DNA of 64,000 nucleotides from Planctomycetota bacterium (GTDB lineage Bacteria; Planctomycetota; UBA11346): NCBI GenBank assembly GCA_028280785.1, contig JANQLF010000116.1, positions 87,377 to 151,376 of the forward strand, read 5' to 3'. Shown piece by piece: positions 15,656 to 24,992 of this stretch (position 1 is its first letter; each line of letters starts with the position of its first letter). The notes under the pieces were generated by a model. It saw only the letters and a program-made list of their open reading frames with translations, ran no database searches and was not told where the DNA came from. The position numbers and the translations under genes were made by a program.

Positions 15656-16672
15656 TCAAGGTTGGTAGGCGGGAAGTAATTGCCGGTCGAGGGTGAGTGC
15701 TAATACCGCGAGGGCAGTACGATAGACTTTACCATATTTACCTTCGTTGTCGCCGGGAGGAGTGTGCCACCATCCTTCTTTGTCTTGATGTGGTAATAAG
15801 GCATTATGCACATGCTTTTTATAGGTGTCTAAATAGTCAGGGAATGATCGGCCAAGTCCGGCGACGTCATAGTAAGCACGGTAAAAAAACCATGGGCCTT
15901 TCCATTCGATGGGATCGTTGCGAATGGCCGTAGCAATTGTTTTACTTAAATCGGTATCGGCTTCATTCTTTCGAATGGTGAGACACAATAATCCTACACC
16001 GCGAAGTGATGTGCGGGCAGCATTAACATCATTGTAGCCAACAGTGCCTTTTTTGGGATTACATAATTGGCGCGTATAGGTGATGCCTTTATTGATTGCT
16101 GACTCGGGCACTTCAAAGCCGGCGTGCTGAGCACCATGTAAACTAAGTAATTGCCATCCAGACAGTGACATGTCTGATTGATCACTGGTAGGATTATAAT
16201 GCCAACCACCACGAAATTTTTTGGCTTTCTTTACGTTTCCTGCTTGGACCGTAACTTCGATGGCGCGTGTTAACGCACTGCGAATTCGTGCTTCCATGTT
16301 TGGATCACCGGTCATGCCAATGCTTTCAGCAAGCATCAACGTACAGATACCATGGCCGTACATATTACTTTTATCACGTGCTCCAAAATAACCGGTACCA
16401 TCCTGCATTTGTAAAACAAAAGACAGTGATTTTTTTAACCAGGGGCCAACCTTGGTGTCGTGATAGGTTATTCCACTCGAAAGGTGCGCGTTAATACACA
16501 GTGCAGTCATGGCACAGCGATAATCACCATCCTGAATACTGCCATCTTCACGTTGTTGTGATTGCAACCATTTTAAAGCCTTATTTACCGCTTGATGACT
16601 TTTGTCCTGTTGCGGTAACTCAACGGCAAAAAGTAAACTTGAAAGTAAGGCGAGCAGACAAATGCGTATCAT
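15656..16672 (-). CDS. secreted prenyltransferase/squalene-oxidase-repeat (alpha-alpha toroid) protein
   Basis: It has a signal peptide and repeats of the type ALKWLQSQQREDGS, FVLQMQDGTGYF and DMSLSGWQLLSL. Its start is coupled by ATGA to the giant upstream gene. Confidence 0.7.
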   Translation of the reverse strand: MIRICLLALLSSLLFAVELPQQDKSHQAVNKALKWLQSQQREDGSIQDGDYRCAMTALCINAHLSSGITYHDTKVGPWLKKSLSFVLQMQDGTGYFGARDKSNMYGHGICTLMLAESIGMTGDPNMEARIRSALTRAIEVTVQAGNVKKAKKFRGGWHYNPTSDQSDMSLSGWQLLSLHGAQHAGFEVPESAINKGITYTRQLCNPKKGTVGYNDVNAARTSLRGVGLLCLTIRKNEADTDLSKTIATAIRNDPIEWKGPWFFYRAYYDVAGLGRSFPDYLDTYKKHVHNALLPHQDKEGWWHTPPGDNEGKYGKVYRTALAVLALTLDRQLLPAYQP

Positions 16673-19600
16673 GGTTCACTTGTGCCTATTTTATTGAAAT
16701 AATCAAATATTAATTGTTGTTGGTCATGGTTGTAGGCATCATAAAATTCATATTGAGAGCGCATTTCAATCAAAGCTCGACCATGTTGCCACTGTTGCTC
16801 ATAGCGCTTTTGATAATCATTCTGTGTAGTGTCAGATTGGTGTAAATCGGTGACTGTTTCTGAGTCGAGTGCATCGGCAACATGAATGCCTTGTTGTTGT
16901 AATAATCGAGATGCGTGGGCAAATGTAAGGTTGACTAATTGATCAGCTTGCTTCTGTAATGGATCGGGTAGGGCTAAATTTGGAGTGTTATTGTCAGCTT
17001 GATATGCTTGAATGGCATTGCGTAATTCATCAGCACTTTGCAGCATTGGAATATTCTGCCAAAATTTAACCGCCTTGCCGATGTGATCTTCGTTTGCTTG
17101 AGGGATGTTCTGTAAAACTAAAACACTGTCATCGAAGGCTAATTGACGAACGGTGAGATCAGCAATGAGAACACTTATGATTTGTGCTGTACTATCCCAG
17201 GTGTGCGTATTCACATCCATAAAATGATGATAATGATGGATGAGTGATAGTGTATCGAGGTGGATTAAATCTATTTTTGTGAGCATATGCAAAGCTGCAA
17301 TTTTATCGGCTTCATGGAGTGTTGTTAATGTTTGCTGACGTCCGGCACTCTGAATCCAGTAGGGCTGCATATGTTTATTGGCTTCTTTAACCGCGTTATT
17401 CCAGGTGCGAATAGATTTACTTTTTGGTATAATTTGCAATTCTACCGAGCGCTTCATAAAATTATTGCGTATACGTCGCGCATCATTCAGTTTTGTATTA
17501 ATGGCAGTCCAAAATGAATAAGCGGCTTTATTGGGTTCACTTTGATAACGTGACCAAACATAATTCATACTTCGGTCTAACACAGTTTCATGGGTCTGTA
17601 CATGTTGTTTGATTGAATCGATTAATTGTTCATTGGTTGTATGAATGGCATTCCGCAGGGAGATGAGCTTATTGAGCGTTTCAATTGAAAATTTATCTTC
17701 TGTTCCGTGTGTTGATAAGCGTCCTCGTGTATAATCGGCTTGTTCCTGACAATGTATAGCTATTTGGGCTTCAACTTTGAATAAAACTTTGACAAGTAAG
17801 AATGGTTTTTCGGCTTTGGCGTAGGCTGCAAATATTTCATCTTGTATTTTTTTCAAATCCTTGCCGAGAGATTGCCAACGTAACTGTTGTTTTGATCCGG
17901 TCTGGGTTTCTTTAAGACGTAGCATCAGTGCGTCTAATAATTTGTTATTGTCTTGAACATTTTTGTTATGACTACGGAGTACATCCTGTAGGGACGTTGT
18001 ATGTTGCTGGATTGCATTATGCAGTTCCTGCTGCCAACGATTCCAGGTCTTCCAATGTGGAGTTAAGTCTGGTGGGGCAGGAATGTTGTTCAATTGATTA
18101 AGTAACATGCTGTAATTTTTGTTGGAAATACTTTGTCCCTCATGAAGTTGTTGAGCCTGTTGGATGTATTTATCCTCATGAACCATCAAAGCGCTATAAA
18201 ATCGCTCAAGTGTAGATTTTTGTCCACGTAAAATGTTATGAGCATTTTTAACATATCGTTTTAGTTTTGATAGTTCAACGTTCTCTTCTTCGAAGTGTTT
18301 TTGTAACTCGAGTGCAAGTGATAGAGAGGAGAGACCCTCATTTTTACGGTTGTTAGTAAAGGCATATTCTGCATGTAGGAGCGCTATTTGCCAAACAGGA
18401 TTGAGTAAACGTCCGTGTATCTCTTTATTTGAAGCATGCTTCTGATTAAATTGTTCAAGTGTAGTTATTGGAGAACTGGCATTTTGTTTGTTAAACTGAT
18501 CCCATTTTTTAAGTATATTAACATCAATTTTATTCTTACTTGAACCATTATGGATAAGCATGGTGTGAAAATAATATTTAAAATGAGCGTAGTATGATGA
18601 AAAATAATCTCGCTTTTGTTTTAACCATAGGTCGTTTATGCGTAGTGTTGCAAATAATGATGTAGGTTGATGTATGTGCCATGTCTTACTTTGGCCATGT
18701 ATTTTTATAAGCATATCACGAAGGGCTGGCAGTTGCCAGATAACATTGTGATTGTCGATTTCCAAACCATTAATCTTATCTAACACATGTTGTGAAAGTT
18801 GATGGGCTATTTTCCAAGCTAAGTAACGTTCACCATAGCTTCGGTCGATTTCAGAAACTAGCTGGCTCTGATTGTTGTTGCTTACATGGTAGAGGCTGAC
18901 AGCTTGTTCTTTGAGGCGTTGTAAAAAACGATGGGTTTTGGCTATGTGCTCGTAGGGTAGACCCCAATCTTTGAGTGACTTGCTCATTTGTTCCATTAAA
19001 TAGATATGTAACACTAAATCATCAAATACGATATTTCGTTCTATTGGTAATTGCCAATTTTGCAGATGTGTTTTGATAATATGCCGGGCATCGTGAAAGT
19101 GATGAGATAGTCGAATCGGCTTCCATGTAAGGGCTTGATCCAATGCCCCATGTAGTGGAGAGGTGTCTAGATAGTCATTGTACGGTTTGCACGTTTTATT
19201 GAATGCTTGACCATGTCGGTGCAGATTAGAATCAGATAAATTGATCGCCCATTGGTGAATCGTCAATGATGTATCGATTATATCCTGTATGGCTGTTCTG
19301 CAGTCATCCCACTTGGCGTCTTTTTGAGGATAAATATTTAGCATATTATAAATAATATCATAAGACTTTTGATTTTGTATGGGACTACGCATTTTATATT
19401 TGATTATCGGTTCTAATTTCGCTCCCTTTAAGCCGGCTTTAATTGATAGTTTTGAGTCGCCTAGCCCTTGAAAGTATTGGATATTTATTTTGTGCCATCC
19501 TTGTTTGAGGGAGAGGCTGCTAGAATAATTGGTTTCTGCTTGCTCGGTCCAGGCTTTTTCAGAAATGATACTTTGTTCATCAATGGAGATTTGAATGCCG

Positions 19601-21855
19601 TCATCACTGAGCGCTTCGAAAATCCATTGACCATCAATTGGCAGATAAATTTCACCAATCCATTTTAAGGAGAAATTTTCGTTACCGACATTTGCTATGT
19701 GATCATTATTTACAGAAAGACTGCGGTAATCGATCAATAACGGTTTGCCTTTAAGTTGTTTATTATTGTAGGTGTAACAGCGAAGAGCGTTTTTGTAGAG
19801 TGGTTCGCTCCACAGGCGTGAACCGCGAATAGCGTCAGCTTGAGATTGAATAAAGATATGGTTGAGTTTATGTTTTTCTTCTAAAACATCGACAGCTAAA
19901 CGTGCTTCAAGTGCAAATGCGATTTCATTTAATTGGCTGATGTTGAACAAGAGCAGTTCGCTATCGGTAATGCTATTATCTAAAAGAGTACTAATTTCTA
20001 CTTTTGGTGTTTGTAAAATTTTAGAGCCACGATTGTTGAATAATCTACAATGATGATGTAATATGTAATCAGCGTAACTACTGATCCAATCAAATCCGCT
20101 TTTATAGTCTTTGGCCACATGTGGTTTAATGCGTTTTAATAAAGCGCCCAGTTCGCGAATGTCTTTCTGTATACCATTCATTTGCTGATCGGCTTGTAAT
20201 AAGTCGCCTGATTGCGCTTGTATATCATCGACGCGCATATTACTGCGAATATCAACCCAGCGTTGCGTTAGTAATGATGCTTTATGGAGGGTGTCCATGA
20301 TGCGGTTGACAAAGGATTGCATCTGGTGGCCATGATCTGCTAATCGCGCAACGTGATGTTGACCAATTATCCACTCAACCCGCTCGCTGGTAATAGATTG
20401 ACCAGCGTTATCAACGCAGCGAGCTTCAATCCATAAACGATCACCTATTTGGTGCTGCCATTGACGAAGCTTAATCAAGATTTTTTTATTGATAGATTTT
20501 TGACCAGAATCTATTTCTATATTTTGTGAGTCGAGTATTTCATTTTGATTGCCAAATGTAAGCGCTAATGATCCAATGGCGAAATCATCTTCAGCTTGAA
20601 TCTGTGCAAAAATGTTATCTGTCGGTGAACTGATGGCATATTGGGATAAAGGGATGTGTGTATGTAATTGAGGCGGCGCATCATTTAAAACACGCAGAAA
20701 CCATTGTTGTGGATGCTGGTGGTGTAAGCCTTTTTGATTCCATAAATGCAAACTGTAATGTTGTGTTTGTTCGGCTAGCCATTCACCGCTTACGATGTAG
20801 GAGTTGCCGTCACTTTCGACACGAAGCGGTAAATTCCACTCGTTATCGCCCTTTAAGGCAGCATGGTGAAGATCAAAGTGTTGTATACGCGCAGAAAACT
20901 GAATACGAGACCCTTTCAGAATATCTGCGTCACCGGTAGATATATGTCGAACTTGTTCTTTGATATAATCAGGTGGAGTCAATTGCAGGCTAATATCATT
21001 AATTTGGGCAGCGGCACCGATAGAAATATGATAACGCGGACTTTCAGCTTCCTCTGTGAGCAGTACATAGCTAAAGCTTTCTAAAGCGGGACCGAGATCT
21101 AATTCCCATTCTTGAAGTCGTTCGTTTTTAAGCGTGCAGGGTAATTGTTCTTGGTGTCCATCATCCCAGCGAATGAGACATTCTAAATGTGAAACTGCTG
21201 GTTTTGTGTTAATATTTAAAACGACGTCTGTGCCACTTGAAATTTGAATATTACCAGGTTCAACGATAAATCGTACGGCTGTTGGTCGTGGAATATTTAA
21301 CCAAGGAAGTGTGTTGCGTAATATATAAGTGCGCGATGAAAATGGGACTAGACAGATCAACCAGATTGCAGTGAGTGCAATTAATTGTTTTCGTTTCTTC
21401 TGCAATGGTCTTTGGTGGAGATCGTTGATATCATCTGCATCTTTAATAGTTTGCGTTGCTATAGCGACACAGCGTTGCATCATCCATTCACTGACACCAA
21501 TCTGTTTATTAATGCAGAAATCAACAGCAGAGGAAATATTATTATGTGCTCGTTGGGGAAAGTGTTGTTCATATTCATGCGCAATGTCAACCAAATTTGG
21601 CTTGGTATATAGCGGCAATAATAATTCTTTGATGAAAATATAGGCAACGAGAGCCCAAAAGATGCCGGCACCAATAAAACGCAATGTGTCAGCCCAATGC
21701 AACCAGGCATCTGCAAGTGATAAAAATAGAACATAAAGGAGGCCGGCAGCACAAAGGAAAACGGCATTGTCTAAAATGTGCTTTAGCCATTGCTGATTGC
21801 GGAAACGGTCCAGCGTCTCTTTGATGATGTCGGGGAGTTGGTTATTGGTACTCAT
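16669..21855 (-). CDS. giant membrane-anchored protein (about 1728 aa) with N-terminal TM helices, Ig-like/beta region, PA14-like module and long Q/H/N-rich helical C-terminus; possibly DUF4175-like
   Basis: The track start is at 21885. ATG 21855 (MSTNNQLPDII...) forms an ATGA overlap with the upstream stop and is preferred. TM helices include AVFLCAAGLLYVLFLSL, IGAGIFWALVAYIFI and LIALTAIWLICLV. The PA14-like core is FSLKWIGEIYLPIDGQWIFEALSDDGIQISIDEQ...GWHKINIQYFQG. Confidence 0.8.
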   Translation of the reverse strand: MSTNNQLPDIIKETLDRFRNQQWLKHILDNAVFLCAAGLLYVLFLSLADAWLHWADTLRFIGAGIFWALVAYIFIKELLLPLYTKPNLVDIAHEYEQHFPQRAHNNISSAVDFCINKQIGVSEWMMQRCVAIATQTIKDADDINDLHQRPLQKKRKQLIALTAIWLICLVPFSSRTYILRNTLPWLNIPRPTAVRFIVEPGNIQISSGTDVVLNINTKPAVSHLECLIRWDDGHQEQLPCTLKNERLQEWELDLGPALESFSYVLLTEEAESPRYHISIGAAAQINDISLQLTPPDYIKEQVRHISTGDADILKGSRIQFSARIQHFDLHHAALKGDNEWNLPLRVESDGNSYIVSGEWLAEQTQHYSLHLWNQKGLHHQHPQQWFLRVLNDAPPQLHTHIPLSQYAISSPTDNIFAQIQAEDDFAIGSLALTFGNQNEILDSQNIEIDSGQKSINKKILIKLRQWQHQIGDRLWIEARCVDNAGQSITSERVEWIIGQHHVARLADHGHQMQSFVNRIMDTLHKASLLTQRWVDIRSNMRVDDIQAQSGDLLQADQQMNGIQKDIRELGALLKRIKPHVAKDYKSGFDWISSYADYILHHHCRLFNNRGSKILQTPKVEISTLLDNSITDSELLLFNISQLNEIAFALEARLAVDVLEEKHKLNHIFIQSQADAIRGSRLWSEPLYKNALRCYTYNNKQLKGKPLLIDYRSLSVNNDHIANVGNENFSLKWIGEIYLPIDGQWIFEALSDDGIQISIDEQSIISEKAWTEQAETNYSSSLSLKQGWHKINIQYFQGLGDSKLSIKAGLKGAKLEPIIKYKMRSPIQNQKSYDIIYNMLNIYPQKDAKWDDCRTAIQDIIDTSLTIHQWAINLSDSNLHRHGQAFNKTCKPYNDYLDTSPLHGALDQALTWKPIRLSHHFHDARHIIKTHLQNWQLPIERNIVFDDLVLHIYLMEQMSKSLKDWGLPYEHIAKTHRFLQRLKEQAVSLYHVSNNNQSQLVSEIDRSYGERYLAWKIAHQLSQHVLDKINGLEIDNHNVIWQLPALRDMLIKIHGQSKTWHIHQPTSLFATLRINDLWLKQKRDYFSSYYAHFKYYFHTMLIHNGSSKNKIDVNILKKWDQFNKQNASSPITTLEQFNQKHASNKEIHGRLLNPVWQIALLHAEYAFTNNRKNEGLSSLSLALELQKHFEEENVELSKLKRYVKNAHNILRGQKSTLERFYSALMVHEDKYIQQAQQLHEGQSISNKNYSMLLNQLNNIPAPPDLTPHWKTWNRWQQELHNAIQQHTTSLQDVLRSHNKNVQDNNKLLDALMLRLKETQTGSKQQLRWQSLGKDLKKIQDEIFAAYAKAEKPFLLVKVLFKVEAQIAIHCQEQADYTRGRLSTHGTEDKFSIETLNKLISLRNAIHTTNEQLIDSIKQHVQTHETVLDRSMNYVWSRYQSEPNKAAYSFWTAINTKLNDARRIRNNFMKRSVELQIIPKSKSIRTWNNAVKEANKHMQPYWIQSAGRQQTLTTLHEADKIAALHMLTKIDLIHLDTLSLIHHYHHFMDVNTHTWDSTAQIISVLIADLTVRQLAFDDSVLVLQNIPQANEDHIGKAVKFWQNIPMLQSADELRNAIQAYQADNNTPNLALPDPLQKQADQLVNLTFAHASRLLQQQGIHVADALDSETVTDLHQSDTTQNDYQKRYEQQWQHGRALIEMRSQYEFYDAYNHDQQQLIFDYFNKIGTSEP

Positions 21856-24800
21856 GGTAGGCCAACTCGCTTGCGTAGCCACCATTCAGTGGAAAGCAGT
21901 AATAAGACTGCTAAAAATATATACCAACTACGCCAAACATGCAGTGTGTGCGTTTGATGTTGTGTACGCGTTTCCAAATGTGATTCTATATAGTCTATTA
22001 ATTGATTGCTATCTTCGAATAAAAATGATTTTCCTTGACTGATTTGAGATAATCGATCTAAAAATGCTTTATCTGTGCCAAGATCATTTAACTCAGTATG
22101 ATTTGGTGCACGTATCCAGAATTCGCGTTGTTCAACTAATACTGGTAATGCACGTGATCGGATGCTGCATCGATAATGACCTGCTTGCAAATTAACATGA
22201 TCGCCCAAGCAAATGCTCGATTGGCTCTGCTCAGCGCTTCCGGGTAATTTGATTTGCCAACGTTGCTGTGCACCATCAAGTTGTTCAAGAATGAGAGAAA
22301 GTGAATCATTAAAATTCTTACCTTGATCGAAGCATCGTGCATGAATAAGAATATTTTTAGCATTGTCAGCTTGGCGTTGGCTGATGGCTACACGTAGACG
22401 TGGGTCAGTGCCGTGCAGACGCGACTGTAAGCCCCATTGGATAACATGACGCCACCATTTTCGGTGTGCAGACTTACCAATGCGTTCACGCCAACGCCAT
22501 GATTCATCAGAGCCAAAATAAATAATACGTCCTGCTCCAACATGTTGTGAACAACAATAGGGTGCTTGGATTCCATCTTTAGATTGTGACATGATATGGG
22601 TCACTGCTTGTGGTTTGGCGGTAACATGTCCGTTGACCCAGGCCAATGCCGGCAGGTGGGACCATTGCCATTGTTGATTATCTAGATTACTCAGCGGATC
22701 ATCTGCTAGGGGTGCAAGCTGCCATTGATGGTGGTCTGTTATCGGTGTCGCATTAACCGTAACTGGCAATACATCTGCTAGCGGTCCGAGCGCAAAACCA
22801 TGTGGCATGGCACTGCGTCCAGCAATAACAATCAATAATAATCCATGCTCTCTGATAGTGTTCGCTATGCGATCTTGAATTTCATTACTCAATAAGCTGG
22901 CTGAAATATCACCAAGAATCAGTGCATCATATTGTTCTAAATTATTAAAAATATGATCGGCTTGACTTTGCTGATGTAAGCCGGGGAAAAATCGCTCTAA
23001 TTGAATGCCTTCATCGCTGCTTAATAAATTACCGATAAGTCGAGTTTCCCAACGGGGATATTGGTCAACTAATAAAATGCGAAGAGGGTCGCTGTGGGCA
23101 ATGATGATGTGTTCTTTATGATTATTGTCAGTGTTATGCTCCTCGCGATGGCTTAAATGATTGGCAATAAGATCATCACCAAATGGTATAAGTTGCTCAT
23201 CGGGTATAGGTTTGAATGTGTCTCCATTCGATGGTTTCCAGGCGATATCAAGATGGTCAAAATGATCTTTTTCCAAATGCGTTGCTTCGAGATAATAAAC
23301 TTGATCTTTGCTCAGAAAAATTGGTTGTGATTGCTGTGATGCCAACTGATCCCATTTACGTTCTTTTGTGGGTTCTTCAAAATAGGCTATAAGACTCTTG
23401 TGTTGAGCATTATGATCGGTGCTTAACCATAACATGCCTTGATCATCTCCGCTAATGGCAAATTGATACCAACCAGCTTCGGGAGCAATAATATAGCTAC
23501 GTAGTCGCCGGATAAAATGATCTTGACGATTTCGTTGTAATTCTGCAGCGAGCAGATTGCGTTGATTATTTGGCAGTGGTTTCTGTTTTTGGTCAAAAAA
23601 TGAAAATAATGATGTATCTTTTACGCCTTGCCATAATTCTTCGTAATAGGAGTGTGTGTTTTTCTTTATTTTACTGACATCAATATGTGCCTTAATCTGT
23701 GCTTCTACTTTTAATCGTGTTGCAGGTAAATCACTAACGGTAAAATAATGTTCTTGCACGAGACCAGTGCCGACCGTGATTTCGCGTGCATATTCTTTGC
23801 CGTTTATAAATAGAATGACATCCCATTGTTGCCCAGGATATCCCGATATACGATAGCGAATGGTAATAGGTATATCATCGGTTCGATACATCTCACTTGG
23901 TCCAACGATATCTAAAAGCACGGCATCACGCGGTTGATCAAGGTCACCAATACACAGCGAATGAATAGGGATGCCGCGAGCACCCAATGCACGAGCAATG
24001 CTGAGTGGATCTTTATCGCCATTGTGAATACCATCACTTAACAGTAGAACATGATGCTGTTGATCACCGCCTAATTGACGATTCAAATTATCAAAGCAGT
24101 TATAAAAATCGCTCAATAATGATTGCGCACTCGCATGCGATTCGGTAGCGATTGATTGATGGGGAGCATGTAAAGGAACAATGTGAAGATCGGATGTGGT
24201 TTGAAAAACGGGTTCAAATTTATTGGTGACAAACATCTGAGCGCGTTGACTACGATTTAACGTTCGCCATTCGGCTAGTGCAGTCTTAAGGGTCTCAGAT
24301 CCACCAGCGCCGGCTGCCAATGCAGCGTCTGCATGTTGTTGGATGCCAGCAAGTGCTTGGATCAGTGGTATGTCAATTTTACGTATCAATCGTTTATACT
24401 GCTTTTCATCAATTTTGTTTTTCTTAATGGTGAGGTCGGCATTACTGATTAGTAGGTTGCAAATTTCTTGGGTGCGCTCTGCTATATATTGGTGACCAAT
24501 TAATGAGGTAAGCATTCCGCGAAGGTCTTTTGCAAAATCATATAATTGATTTGCGGTATTCTTATGTTTGGGTTTTTTGACTGCGTTCTTTAAAAAAGAT
24601 CGTATCTCGAGAAGTTTATTTGAACATTGCTTGGCAATATGGTTACGTTGATCTTCGGCGAGTAATCCCAGTGCCTGTAATTCATCAAATTGATAGGTGG
24701 GGTGCATGCTCGGGTCTTGATGAGCCATACTCGAACTTTGATCAATCACCACTGTAAGCTGTGGTTTCATTAAAATGACTTCGCGCTGACTAACGACAGG

Positions 24801-24992
24801 TTGGCCGAGCATGGCTAAGAGTAAAGCGAGGCTCAATGCGCGTAAAAACCAAGCGCTGAGGCGCAACCATATACCACGTTGCTGCCATTCGGGAGCGAGG
24901 CCTTTCCATAAGCCATAGGCACCAATAATCCAAAGCAAAATGAGCGTCCAGGCTGGCCAGCCTAAAAACTGTAATTCCCAGGTGTCGTTCAT
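21852..24992 (-). CDS. membrane VWA-domain protein with PA14-like insert and class-I glutamine-amidotransferase-like (DUF1355-type) domain
   Basis: 1046 aa with N-terminal TM pairs. It has MIDAS VVIDQSSSM and a distal LLLSDGIHNGD, then PA14-like RLRSYIIAPEAGWYQFAISGDDQGMLWLS...YYLEATHLEKD, then ILLVDQYPRWE...YDALILGDI, and a C-terminal TM. It is ATGA-coupled on both sides. Confidence 0.75.
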   Translation of the reverse strand: MNDTWELQFLGWPAWTLILLWIIGAYGLWKGLAPEWQQRGIWLRLSAWFLRALSLALLLAMLGQPVVSQREVILMKPQLTVVIDQSSSMAHQDPSMHPTYQFDELQALGLLAEDQRNHIAKQCSNKLLEIRSFLKNAVKKPKHKNTANQLYDFAKDLRGMLTSLIGHQYIAERTQEICNLLISNADLTIKKNKIDEKQYKRLIRKIDIPLIQALAGIQQHADAALAAGAGGSETLKTALAEWRTLNRSQRAQMFVTNKFEPVFQTTSDLHIVPLHAPHQSIATESHASAQSLLSDFYNCFDNLNRQLGGDQQHHVLLLSDGIHNGDKDPLSIARALGARGIPIHSLCIGDLDQPRDAVLLDIVGPSEMYRTDDIPITIRYRISGYPGQQWDVILFINGKEYAREITVGTGLVQEHYFTVSDLPATRLKVEAQIKAHIDVSKIKKNTHSYYEELWQGVKDTSLFSFFDQKQKPLPNNQRNLLAAELQRNRQDHFIRRLRSYIIAPEAGWYQFAISGDDQGMLWLSTDHNAQHKSLIAYFEEPTKERKWDQLASQQSQPIFLSKDQVYYLEATHLEKDHFDHLDIAWKPSNGDTFKPIPDEQLIPFGDDLIANHLSHREEHNTDNNHKEHIIIAHSDPLRILLVDQYPRWETRLIGNLLSSDEGIQLERFFPGLHQQSQADHIFNNLEQYDALILGDISASLLSNEIQDRIANTIREHGLLLIVIAGRSAMPHGFALGPLADVLPVTVNATPITDHHQWQLAPLADDPLSNLDNQQWQWSHLPALAWVNGHVTAKPQAVTHIMSQSKDGIQAPYCCSQHVGAGRIIYFGSDESWRWRERIGKSAHRKWWRHVIQWGLQSRLHGTDPRLRVAISQRQADNAKNILIHARCFDQGKNFNDSLSLILEQLDGAQQRWQIKLPGSAEQSQSSICLGDHVNLQAGHYRCSIRSRALPVLVEQREFWIRAPNHTELNDLGTDKAFLDRLSQISQGKSFLFEDSNQLIDYIESHLETRTQHQTHTLHVWRSWYIFLAVLLLLSTEWWLRKRVGLP

